Shown here in pieces: positions 7,182-14,950 of a stretch of 29,751 bases of DNA. Origin of the DNA: an uncultured Candidatus Saccharibacteria bacterium. GTDB taxonomy: Bacteria > Patescibacteriota > Minisyncoccia > Minisyncoccales > GBS-2. The notes beneath the pieces were generated by a model. The model saw nothing but the letters and a program-made list of their open reading frames with translations. It had not been told where the DNA came from and searched no databases. The stretch lies in contig CAYUTJ010000005.1 in assembly GCA_964447735.1 (NCBI GenBank), positions 1-29,751 of the forward strand, in the 5' to 3' direction. The position numbers were made by a program, and so were the translations under genes. The stretch's first letter is position 1. Each line of letters opens with the position of its first letter.

Positions 7182-8037
7182 AAATTTTCTTTATAATTTT
7201 TTTAAAAAGCATACCATATTGAGGATTTAATTCAACTATAGGTCTTTTTTTTGTCAAAGAATCAATAAAATCTTGATTGAAAGGAATTTTTCCTAAAATT
7301 TTAATTTTGCTTTTTTTTGCAAATTTTTCTATTTTTTTTGTAAATTTTTTTGAAAGATTGAATTTATTGATCAAAATTCCATGAGGAATTTTAAAATGAT
7401 CTGCTAAATATAAAATTCTTTTTAGATCAAAAAGGGCAGAGGGTGTAGGTTCAGTTACTGCTATAATATAATCTGTTCCTACCAAAGAAGCAATTACCGG
7501 ACATCCAATTCCAGGGGCCGAATCTATAATTTCGATTTCAGAGTTCGTTCTTTTGGCTTCTTTTTGAGCAAATTTTCTCAATTCTTGAACAACTTCTCCT
7601 GAAGAAAGCTCTCCTAATTTAAGTTCACCTGAAACTAAATTAACTTTATAATTTTTGCCAATGTAAATTTTTCCGATTTCTTTTTTTGATTCTTTTATTG
7701 CGCCAAAGGGACAAGCAACAATGCAGGCTTTGCAACCTATGCAAAGATCTTTTATAAAAACTGGATATTTTCCTTTAACATAAACAATTGCATTTTGTTT
7801 GCAAACTTTGGCACATTCTCCACATTTTCTACATTTTCTACGATCGAATTTAGGAATGACCTGAAAAATCTTTCCTTTTAATTTTCTTTTGACAGAAAGT
7901 AAAATATGGGAGTTTGGACACTCTACATCACAATCTATCAAAAGAGTTCTTTTTTGTTTTGCAAACTCTATTGCTAAAGAAGTAGCTATTGTCGTTTTCC
8001 CAACTCCTCCTTTACCTCCTGTGACTGCAATTTTCAT
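7174..8037 (-). CDS. MinD-superfamily P-loop ATPase with inserted 2x[4Fe-4S] ferredoxin domain (COG1149-like); ATG 8037 preferred over TTG 8043
   Basis: GGKGGVGKTT, DCDVECPN, CRKCGECAKVC, CIGCKACIVACP, DSAPGIGCP and VTEPT. Confidence 0.9.
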   Translation of the reverse strand: MKIAVTGGKGGVGKTTIATSLAIEFAKQKRTLLIDCDVECPNSHILLSVKRKLKGKIFQVIPKFDRRKCRKCGECAKVCKQNAIVYVKGKYPVFIKDLCIGCKACIVACPFGAIKESKKEIGKIYIGKNYKVNLVSGELKLGELSSGEVVQELRKFAQKEAKRTNSEIEIIDSAPGIGCPVIASLVGTDYIIAVTEPTPSALFDLKRILYLADHFKIPHGILINKFNLSKKFTKKIEKFAKKSKIKILGKIPFNQDFIDSLTKKRPIVELNPQYGMLFKKIIKKIYG

Positions 8038-8039
8038 AT

Positions 8040-9698
8040 TCAACTTTTTTCTTTTTTATAAAAAGAATGAACGAAAATGGTTATCAGAGAAATTATGATC
8101 GCTAAAATTAAAATTGAAAAAGCGGTAAAAATACTTTCTAACAATTTTGGTTTAAAAATCAAAACAAATCCTAAAAATAAAATCATAAAGCCAGAAATTA
8201 ACTTTAATCTTCTAACCCAAATTTGACTAAAAGTTTTTCTTCCTAAAGTAATAGCAAAAATCAAAACAATGATAGCTAAAGGAATAACATAAACTAGATT
8301 GTAGAAAACCAAATAGAGATAATATTTAAAGGAAGGCAACTCTCTTAAGGTTAAAATTCTTGTATAAATCATCGGAAAACCGAAAGTGCACAATAATTCA
8401 TAAATGTTTACCGTAGCAGCAATAATTGCTGTCGTTCCAGTTAAAGCCAAAGTAGATTTAGCCAAACTCAAATTTTTCACTCTTTGGATAAATTTTTCTT
8501 TTTGACTTTTTGGTAAAGTTAAAGAAATTCCTTTTTGGAAATAAAAATAATCTTTTATATTGACAATACCGGCAAAAACGGCAATTAAACCAGCAATAAT
8601 AGTTAAAATGGTAATTTTTCCACCTAATTGAAAAACGTTAAGCAAAACTGACATAAACAAAAAGTAAAAAAGAGCAGAGAAAAATATAAAAATACTTCCT
8701 ACCAAAAGAATTTTTCTTCTTGCTCCAGCTAAACCAATTAAAGCAGCCAAAAGAAAAGTTAAAACAAAAAAAGCGCAAGGATTAAAACCGTCTGCCAATC
8801 CTAAGAGGAAGGTTAAAACTGGTAATGAAAATTTTTTAGTTTCTATTTCTCCTAAAAAAGGAATTTTAACTTTCTCTTCTTCAATCGGTCTTTCTGGTTT
8901 AGAAATTTCTCCACTAGGTTTTTCTGAAATGATTTCTTTTTTTGAAATTTTTATTTTTATTGCATTTTCAAAATCTGCTTTTCGAACATAATCTTTTTCT
9001 GAAAAAGAAAGACCGATTTTTTTCCAGATCGCAAAAAGTTCTTCTTTAGAAAAGGCAATAGCTCCCATTTTTAAAGATTGAGGATTAGTAATCTCAAAAT
9101 CTATTCCTTCAAGAGATTTTGCAATGTCAGAAGTAAAAAGTAATTCTTTTAATTTTCGAGAATCAGCTATTTTCTCACCTTTAATTTCTTGAGAAATTTT
9201 TTTGCCATTCCATTGAAAAAGCCAAAGATTTTCATCCAATTTAACTAAAACTCTTCCGTTTGCCCAAATTTTTGGAAAAGCTGGCAAATCACTTAAATTT
9301 AAATCTTCAAAATAAATTGACTCTTCCAATAAGGGACAGGGGTTTTCTTTGTCAATTCTATTTTCTGCTTTTGGAACATCGATTGAGCCTCCAAAGATTT
9401 TAATTTTATCAAAAACAAGTTTTGGAACTGAAGCTAGTGTTTTGTAATCTTGACAAAACTTTCCAAAAAATTTTGAATTTGGGTCGTTTAAATCTCCTCC
9501 CATCCACATATATTCGATCACTACCAAGTGAGGATATTTTTTTGTCCATTCTAATAAAACTTTAGGGTCAGTATAAGCGCAATTTGGACAACCAATGAAT
9601 GTAAAATAAAGAGTGCAAAAATAATCTTTAGCTAAAATCTTTTGAAGAGGAGAGAAAATAAAAATTAGTAAAAAACTGGCAAAAATTAACTTTTTCAT
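8040..9698 (-). CDS. exported thioredoxin/glutaredoxin-like domain fused to a DsbD/CcdA-like TM domain
   Basis: Signal peptide, YFTFIGCPNC (CxxC), and TM Cys motifs GLADGFNPCAF and YELLCTFGFP in a multi-TM C-terminal half. Confidence 0.75.
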   Translation of the reverse strand: MKKLIFASFLLIFIFSPLQKILAKDYFCTLYFTFIGCPNCAYTDPKVLLEWTKKYPHLVVIEYMWMGGDLNDPNSKFFGKFCQDYKTLASVPKLVFDKIKIFGGSIDVPKAENRIDKENPCPLLEESIYFEDLNLSDLPAFPKIWANGRVLVKLDENLWLFQWNGKKISQEIKGEKIADSRKLKELLFTSDIAKSLEGIDFEITNPQSLKMGAIAFSKEELFAIWKKIGLSFSEKDYVRKADFENAIKIKISKKEIISEKPSGEISKPERPIEEEKVKIPFLGEIETKKFSLPVLTFLLGLADGFNPCAFFVLTFLLAALIGLAGARRKILLVGSIFIFFSALFYFLFMSVLLNVFQLGGKITILTIIAGLIAVFAGIVNIKDYFYFQKGISLTLPKSQKEKFIQRVKNLSLAKSTLALTGTTAIIAATVNIYELLCTFGFPMIYTRILTLRELPSFKYYLYLVFYNLVYVIPLAIIVLIFAITLGRKTFSQIWVRRLKLISGFMILFLGFVLIFKPKLLESIFTAFSILILAIIISLITIFVHSFYKKEKS

Positions 9699-9707
9699 TT
9701 TTTTGAT

Positions 9708-10214
9708 TTACTCAGGTAGAATGGCTAAAGTATTGTTAAATCTGTTAATATAATTGAAAAGTCCCATCACTGAAATAATCTCTATAATTTGGGGCTCTGA
9801 AAATTTTTCTCTTAATTTATCAAAAAGTTGAGGATTATCTAAGTGTCCATCTAAAGTTACATCCTTTATCAATTCTAATACTTCTTTCTCTTCTCCTTTC
9901 AATTCTTTAATTTCTTTTATAATTTCATCTGTTGCTCCAAATTTTTTTAACATTTTTGTGGTTACGTCAACACAGAAAGGACATTTTAATGTTTCAGAAA
10001 CTACTAAAGCAATTTTCCATTTCAACAAAGAATCTATGGTACCTTTTCCCATAATGACTTTAAAAAGTTCTACAAATTCCTTCAAAATCTCTGGTCTATG
10101 AGCCATTACCTTTACCCATTCTGGAACTTTTCCAGTATCTTTTTTGAATTTCTCGTAAATTTCTTTAGCAATTTCCTCTACTTGATCTTCTTTTAAAGAA
10201 GAAATCAAAGCCAT
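9708..10214 (-). CDS. carboxymuconolactone decarboxylase/AhpD-like protein with CxxC
   Basis: GKVPEWVKVMAHRPEIL, IALVVSETLKCPFC and EIISVMGLFNYINRFN. Confidence 0.85.
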   Translation of the reverse strand: MALISSLKEDQVEEIAKEIYEKFKKDTGKVPEWVKVMAHRPEILKEFVELFKVIMGKGTIDSLLKWKIALVVSETLKCPFCVDVTTKMLKKFGATDEIIKEIKELKGEEKEVLELIKDVTLDGHLDNPQLFDKLREKFSEPQIIEIISVMGLFNYINRFNNTLAILPE

Positions 10215-10231
10215 GTTAAAATCTTTTTGAA

Positions 10232-10276
10232 GACCTTTATATTTTAAAATATATCCTCTTTTTTAATTTCTTTCAA
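10232..10276 (-). promoter_or_regulatory. internal promoter TTGAAA-N17-TATATT plus AAAGGTC leader motif
   Basis: -35 at 10276-10271, -10 at 10253-10248, then 9 nt, AAAGGTC at 10238-10232, then 17 nt to ATG 10214. Confidence 0.55.
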
Positions 10277-10579
10277 TTCGTTATTTTCAAATTTTTGAAT
10301 GTTATCTTTTATCTTTTCTTTTGTAGCTTTATACATTTTAATTTTATAATTTTTAAATTTCTGATATGCTCTCTCCCCCAAACCAAAAGTGACAACAGCA
10401 TCTACTTTATGACGATACAAAAAATCTGGGGGAAGTTCTTTCCCTTTTAATTCAGGATTTTCGAAAACTTCAAAGGTCTTTTTTTCGGTATCATAAATCA
10501 AAAAATTCTTTGCTCTCCCAAAATGGAAAGCTATTTTGTCTTCTAAATTATCTCCATCTGTAGCAAAAGCAATTTTCAT
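10244..10579 (-). CDS. NifB/NifX (COG1433) FeMo-cofactor-binding-like protein
   Basis: MKIAFAT, HFGRAKNFLIYD, VDAVVTFGLGERA and IKMY. Confidence 0.9.
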   Translation of the reverse strand: MKIAFATDGDNLEDKIAFHFGRAKNFLIYDTEKKTFEVFENPELKGKELPPDFLYRHKVDAVVTFGLGERAYQKFKNYKIKMYKATKEKIKDNIQKFENNELKEIKKEDIF

Positions 10580-10917
10580 TTTTCAAATTTTTCTAATTTT
10601 TGTTCAATAAATTTTTCTAAAGCTTCCTTCACTGTTCCTTCTCCCTGATAAATTTTAATGCCAAACTGACTTAAAACATCAAAAGCTCTCGGTCCAATAT
10701 TTTTACAAATCACAGCCTCTATTCTTCTTTCAGCTAAAAATTGAGAAACTGAAATTCCAGCTCCTCCCATTTGATTTGCAAATTCATTCTCTATTGCTTC
10801 AAAATTTTTAATTTCTCCTTCCTCAATCTCAGCAAAGATAAAATAAGGACACCTAGCAAATACTTCACTCAAATTAGAATCTAAATTTTTTCCAGTTGAA
10901 CTTAAAGCAACTTTCAT
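10576..10917 (-). CDS. NifB/NifX (COG1433) FeMo-cofactor-binding-like protein
   Basis: MKVALSS, FARCPYF, GGAGI, EAVICKNIGPRA and GIKIY. Confidence 0.9.
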   Translation of the reverse strand: MKVALSSTGKNLDSNLSEVFARCPYFIFAEIEEGEIKNFEAIENEFANQMGGAGISVSQFLAERRIEAVICKNIGPRAFDVLSQFGIKIYQGEGTVKEALEKFIEQKLEKFEK

Positions 10918-11147
10918 TTTTTCTTTTCTAACTCTTTTAATCTTTCTTCAATTGCTTCCATTTCTTCTTTTAAACTTTCTAATTCTTCCTTCAACATCTT
11001 CTTTTCCTCTTCAGGAGTCATTTTTTCCCAATATTCAGGAAAAGCCCACCAACCTCTTGGTAACCAAGGAAACCTCCAACATCTCCACCAATATCTTCTA
11101 AATTCTGGATAGGCCCACCAAGGACCGCCTCCCATTCCCCAAGGCAT
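10914..11147 (-). CDS. DUF5320-like small protein (Gly/Trp/Pro-rich N-terminus plus acidic coiled coil)
   Basis: MPWGMGGGPWW, RCWRFPWLPRGWW and EEEKKMLKEELESLKEEMEAIEERLKELE. Confidence 0.75.
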   Translation of the reverse strand: MPWGMGGGPWWAYPEFRRYWWRCWRFPWLPRGWWAFPEYWEKMTPEEEKKMLKEELESLKEEMEAIEERLKELEKKK

Positions 11148-11167
11148 GATTTTTAAAAAAATTAAAG

Positions 11168-11212
11168 CGACCTTTATATTTTGAATATATACCCAAAATA
11201 GTACCTTGTCAA
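11168..11212 (-). promoter_or_regulatory. sigma70 promoter TTGACA-N17-TATATT with AAAGGTCG leader motif
   Basis: -35 at 11212-11207, -10 at 11189-11184, AAAGGTCG at 11175-11168, ATG at 11147. Confidence 0.8.
11177..11200. promoter_or_regulatory. 24-bp imperfect palindrome, candidate operator
   Basis: TATTTTG-AA-TATATA-CC-CAAAATA; 20 of 24 positions are self-complementary; it covers the -10 box. Confidence 0.55.
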
Positions 11213-11224
11213 GTAAAGAAAAAA

Positions 11225-11716
11225 TTAATTTTTATCTATAAATCTTCCATTATCTCGCGTTTTTGCAAGTTTCGAAATTTTTCTTTTAAGCCAACCGATC
11301 TTATTAGTTTTTCTTACATCAAATTCTGGTACATAGGGTTTAATATCTAAGAGAGGGGTTTTGTCTACTATATCTATTCCACTCACATAAAGAAAGTTTT
11401 TCTTCCTTTTTTCTAATTTTACTATTGATATTCCAATAGGATTTGGTCGAGAAGGAGCTCTGGTAGCAAAAATTCCATGTGATTTTTTATCCATGTAAGG
11501 CTTGACTACTAATCTTTGTTTTTTAATTAAATGAAAATGATAAATTAAAATAAGATAGGAAAAACCTTCAATATCCTTTAATCCTCGAGAATATTTCGAA
11601 AAAACTTCTACTATTCCTTTAGTATTTTTTGCTCCCAAAGATTGTATTGGAGTTCCTTGAACTTTTTTAAAGGGAGAATGAACAATTCCTATTGGTTCAT
11701 ATTTTATTTGTTTCAT
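11225..11716 (-). CDS. trmO: tRNA (t6A37)-N6-methyltransferase TrmO/TsaA, short single-domain form
   Basis: PIGIVHSPF, LIYHFH, GIFATRAPSRPNPIGIS and TPLLDIKPY. Confidence 0.92.
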   Translation of the reverse strand: MKQIKYEPIGIVHSPFKKVQGTPIQSLGAKNTKGIVEVFSKYSRGLKDIEGFSYLILIYHFHLIKKQRLVVKPYMDKKSHGIFATRAPSRPNPIGISIVKLEKRKKNFLYVSGIDIVDKTPLLDIKPYVPEFDVRKTNKIGWLKRKISKLAKTRDNGRFIDKN

Positions 11717-11734
11717 TATTAATTTTTATAAGAT

Positions 11735-11947
11735 TTATCTACCAAGAGAACAGAGGGGGCAACTATTTTCCCTAAAATCTTTTCCTTTTTTTGAAATTTC
11801 TGGCCTGTATTCTTCGCATTCTTGATGACAAAAAGGACATTCTGCTACTAATTTCCATTGTTTCCCAAAGATTGAACTTTCCCATTCTTTTTTCTTCCCT
11901 TTGGCTTTAAAAATTTTTTGACAATTTTTACAATAAAATTTTTCCAT
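11735..11947 (-). CDS. small Cys-rich (3x CxxC) Zn-ribbon-like hypothetical protein
   Basis: CKNC, CPFC and CPLC in 70 aa; K/E-rich composition like the real genes. Confidence 0.7.
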   Translation of the reverse strand: MEKFYCKNCQKIFKAKGKKKEWESSIFGKQWKLVAECPFCHQECEEYRPEISKKGKDFRENSCPLCSLGR

Positions 11948-11968
11948 AATTTTTGATAAAATAAATCA

Positions 11969-12910
11969 ATGAAAATCAATCTCAAAAAAAATGTTCCTTT
12001 GAGAAATTATACTACATTCAAAATTGGAGGGAAAGCTCGTTATTTTTTCGTTGCAAAGAAAAAAGAAAATGTAAAAAATGCAATTGAATTTGCAAAAAAG
12101 AAAAGAATTCCCTTTTTTATTTTAGGAGGAGGTAGCAATGTTTTATTCCCTGATGAAGGCTTTAGAGGAATTGTTATAAAATTAGAAATTTTAAATTTTA
12201 AATTAGAAAACAACAAAGTTTTTGTGGGGGCTGGTTATCCATTAACAAAATTAGCTCAAAAATTAGCAAAAAAGAGCTTTTCTGGACTTGAATTTGCAGT
12301 TGGAATCCCAGGAACTATAGGAGGAGCTATTAGAGGAAATGCTGGAGCTTTTGGAAAGGAAATAAAAAATGTAGTAGATGAGGTTGAAGTATTAAAAATT
12401 GAAAATTGCAAATTGAAAATTGAAAAATTAAAAAATAAAGATTGTCAATTTGGCTACAGAGAAAGTATTTTCAAAAAAAAGAAAAATTGGATAATTTTGA
12501 AAGCTACCTTGAAAATAAAAAAAGGAAATAAAAAAAGAATTCAAGAAAAAATAAAAAAAATTTTGTCAAAAAGAATAAAAACTCAACCTCTTGAGTTTCC
12601 CTCTGCAGGATCTGTCTTTAAGAATATTCCTTTGGAAAAAGTTCCCAAGAATGTAAAGGAAAAATTTAAAGATAAAATAAAAAGAGAACCTTTCCCCTGT
12701 TTACCAGCAGCAGTTTTGATAGAAGCTTTGGGGTTGAAAGGATATCAAATTGGAGGAGCTAAAATTTCAGAAAAGCATGCCAATTTTATTATTAACGCAA
12801 AAAAAGCTAAAGCAAAAGATATCTTGCAATTAATAAGGCTGATAAAAAAGAAGGTAAGAAAAAGATTTGGAGTAAATTTAGAATTAGAAATTGAGTTAGT
12901 TAAAGTTTAA
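11969..12910 (+). CDS. murB: UDP-N-acetylenolpyruvoylglucosamine reductase
   Basis: TTFKIGG, LGGGSNVL, GIPGTIGGAIRGNAGAFG, FGYRESIF, SAGSVFKN, SEKHANFIIN and LELEI. Confidence 0.97.
   Translation: MKINLKKNVPLRNYTTFKIGGKARYFFVAKKKENVKNAIEFAKKKRIPFFILGGGSNVLFPDEGFRGIVIKLEILNFKLENNKVFVGAGYPLTKLAQKLAKKSFSGLEFAVGIPGTIGGAIRGNAGAFGKEIKNVVDEVEVLKIENCKLKIEKLKNKDCQFGYRESIFKKKKNWIILKATLKIKKGNKKRIQEKIKKILSKRIKTQPLEFPSAGSVFKNIPLEKVPKNVKEKFKDKIKREPFPCLPAAVLIEALGLKGYQIGGAKISEKHANFIINAKKAKAKDILQLIRLIKKKVRKRFGVNLELEIELVKV
12179..12206 (+). repeat. in-frame 7-bp tandem array in murB
   Basis: aaattag aaatttt aaatttt aaattag, translated as KLEILNFKLE. Confidence 0.6.
12395..12422 (+). repeat. in-frame 7-bp tandem array in murB
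   Basis: aaaattg aaaattg caaattg aaaattg, translated as KIENCKLKIE. Confidence 0.8.
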
Positions 12911-13688
12911 TTTTTCTAAAAATTATCAAAAACCCAGTATGAGCTACCATCCTATCTTTGGGACGCAATGCCCTTCCTCTTTTTTGCCATTCCCTCTGTA
13001 AAGTTTCAAAAATTCCTTCGAGTTCAAAACTTTTTTTAAATTTTTTCTCAACAATATCTACTAAATTAAATACCTGCAAAACAGTCGGTAACCAACAAGC
13101 TAAAATTCCACCTTCTTTTAAAATCTCTTTTACTTTTTGAAGATAATTCCAAGGTTCTACCATATCCAAAATCACTCTATCAAAATTTTTTTCTTTTATA
13201 TCTTCCAAATTCATCTTTTTTAGAACTAAACTTTTAATTTCTTCAGGCTTTTTTCGATAAAATTTTTCAATGTTTTCTTTTGTAGTTTTGACCATATCTT
13301 CTCTCTCATCGATTGCGAAAACTTTTCCTTTTTCTCCGACTGCTCTAACCAAATAACAAGTTAAAGCTCCAGAACCACATCCTGCTTCCAAAACTTTAAT
13401 TCCAGGAGCAATATCTGCTAAAACTAAAATTTGACCTACATCCTTTGGATAAATAATTTGAGAAATTCTCTTTAGTTTTTTTAAAATAAAATCTGCTAAA
13501 GTAGGTTTCAAAATTAAAAGTTCAGCTCCTTTAGAAGAAATTATCTTTCTCCCTATTCCTTTTTTTAAAATTTCCTCATGCAAAATCTTCCCTCTATGAA
13601 ATTCAAAAACTCCTCCTTTTTTTAACGAAATTAAATATTTTCTTTGCTTTTTATCTTTTAATAAAACCAAATCTCCTTCTTTTAACAT
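12900..13688 (-). CDS. trmI: tRNA (adenine-58-N1)-methyltransferase
   Basis: QIIYPKD, VLEAGCGSGALT, ILDMVEPW, PTVLQV and RPKDRMVAHTGFL. Confidence 0.93.
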   Translation of the reverse strand: MLKEGDLVLLKDKKQRKYLISLKKGGVFEFHRGKILHEEILKKGIGRKIISSKGAELLILKPTLADFILKKLKRISQIIYPKDVGQILVLADIAPGIKVLEAGCGSGALTCYLVRAVGEKGKVFAIDEREDMVKTTKENIEKFYRKKPEEIKSLVLKKMNLEDIKEKNFDRVILDMVEPWNYLQKVKEILKEGGILACWLPTVLQVFNLVDIVEKKFKKSFELEGIFETLQREWQKRGRALRPKDRMVAHTGFLIIFRKIKL

Positions 13689-14941
13689 TCTACGAGATAG
13701 TAATTTCTTCTTCCTTTTTTAATCACAAAATATCTTTGATACAAAGCTTCCTTTTTAGTTATCATTTTTTTGATTTCTAAAATTAATTCTCCATTGATAG
13801 AAATTCCTCTCTGCTTTATTAGTCTCTTAGCTTCGCTTTTTGATTTTACCGCTCCGCTTAAAACTAAAAGTTCTAAAACAGGAATTTCTTTTTTGATTTC
13901 TATCTTAGTTGAAGGCACATTGAAAAAAGCTTCTTTGATTTCTTCTTCCTTCAATTCTTTAACATTTCCATAAAACAAAATTTGAGAAATTTTCTCTACT
14001 CTTTTTGCTTCCTCTTTGCCATGAACGATCTTTGTCATTTCTTTAGCTAAAACTTTTTGGGCTTCTTTCTTCTTGGGTTCTTTCTTTAATTTCTTTTCTA
14101 AATCTAAAATTTCTTCTTTCTTTAAAAAAGTAAAATATTTCAAAAAAGAAATCACATCTTTGTCTTGGGTGTTAATCCAAAATTGATAAAATTTATAGGG
14201 TGAAGTTAGCTTTTTGTCCAAAAAGATTGCTCCTTCTTCTGTCTTTCCAAATTTTTTTCCAGATTTTGTCAAAATTAAAGGTAAAGTCAAACCAAAAACT
14301 TCAACTCCTAAAATCTTTCTGACCAAATCTACACCAGAGACAATATTTCCCCATTGATCAGAACCTCCAATTTGAAGAGAACAATTTTCTCTTTTCTTTA
14401 ATTCCAGAAAATCGATTGCTTGCAAAATCATGTAAGAAAATTCGCAAAAAGAAATTCCGGTACTGGATAATCTTCTTTTAACAGATTCTTTAGATAACAT
14501 TTGTGAAAGTTGAAAGTGTTTTCCGTATTCCCTTAAAAAATCAATCAAATTTAAATTTAAAAGCCACTGAGAATTGTCTAAAATTTTTGCAGAATTCTTT
14601 TTTGTTTTGAAATCTAAAAATTTCTCAAGCTGACTTTTAAGTTTATCTCGCCATTCAGCAATTTTTTCTTTAGGGTTTAAAGGTCTTTCTTTTATTTTCC
14701 CCGATGGGTCTCCAATTAAAGCTGTTCCTCCCCCAATCAAGGCAATTGGCTTGTGGCCAAAAATTTGAAATCTTCTTAAAGTTAAAATCAAAAGCAAATT
14801 TCCGACATGAAAAGAAGGAGCAGTTGGATCAAACCCACAATAAAGAGTAATTTTCTCTTTCTTTAATTTTTCTCTCAAACCTTTTTCGTTTGTTGTTTGA
14901 TAAATTAATCCTCTGAACTTTAGATCTTCAAAAATATCCAT
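13682..14941 (-). CDS. tyrS: tyrosyl-tRNA synthetase (bacterial type, with S4 domain)
   Basis: YCGFDPTAPSFHVGN, GGSDQWGNI, KFGKT, SPYKFYQFW and SKSEAKRLIKQRGI. Confidence 0.98.
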   Translation of the reverse strand: MDIFEDLKFRGLIYQTTNEKGLREKLKKEKITLYCGFDPTAPSFHVGNLLLILTLRRFQIFGHKPIALIGGGTALIGDPSGKIKERPLNPKEKIAEWRDKLKSQLEKFLDFKTKKNSAKILDNSQWLLNLNLIDFLREYGKHFQLSQMLSKESVKRRLSSTGISFCEFSYMILQAIDFLELKKRENCSLQIGGSDQWGNIVSGVDLVRKILGVEVFGLTLPLILTKSGKKFGKTEEGAIFLDKKLTSPYKFYQFWINTQDKDVISFLKYFTFLKKEEILDLEKKLKKEPKKKEAQKVLAKEMTKIVHGKEEAKRVEKISQILFYGNVKELKEEEIKEAFFNVPSTKIEIKKEIPVLELLVLSGAVKSKSEAKRLIKQRGISINGELILEIKKMITKKEALYQRYFVIKKGRRNYYLVEC

Positions 14942-14950
14942 TTTTTTATT

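Noticed and set aside
10244-10917. NifX-like genes (and NifS/NifU-like genes at 17867-19542) as evidence of nitrogen fixation
   Set aside because: There is no nifH, nifD or nifK. COG1433 proteins and IscS/IscU are widespread in non-diazotrophs.
11918-11950. TTGACA at 11918-11923 as a possible murB promoter
   Set aside because: The nearest -10-like hexamers are at spacers of 5, 10 and 21 nt; none is at 16-18.
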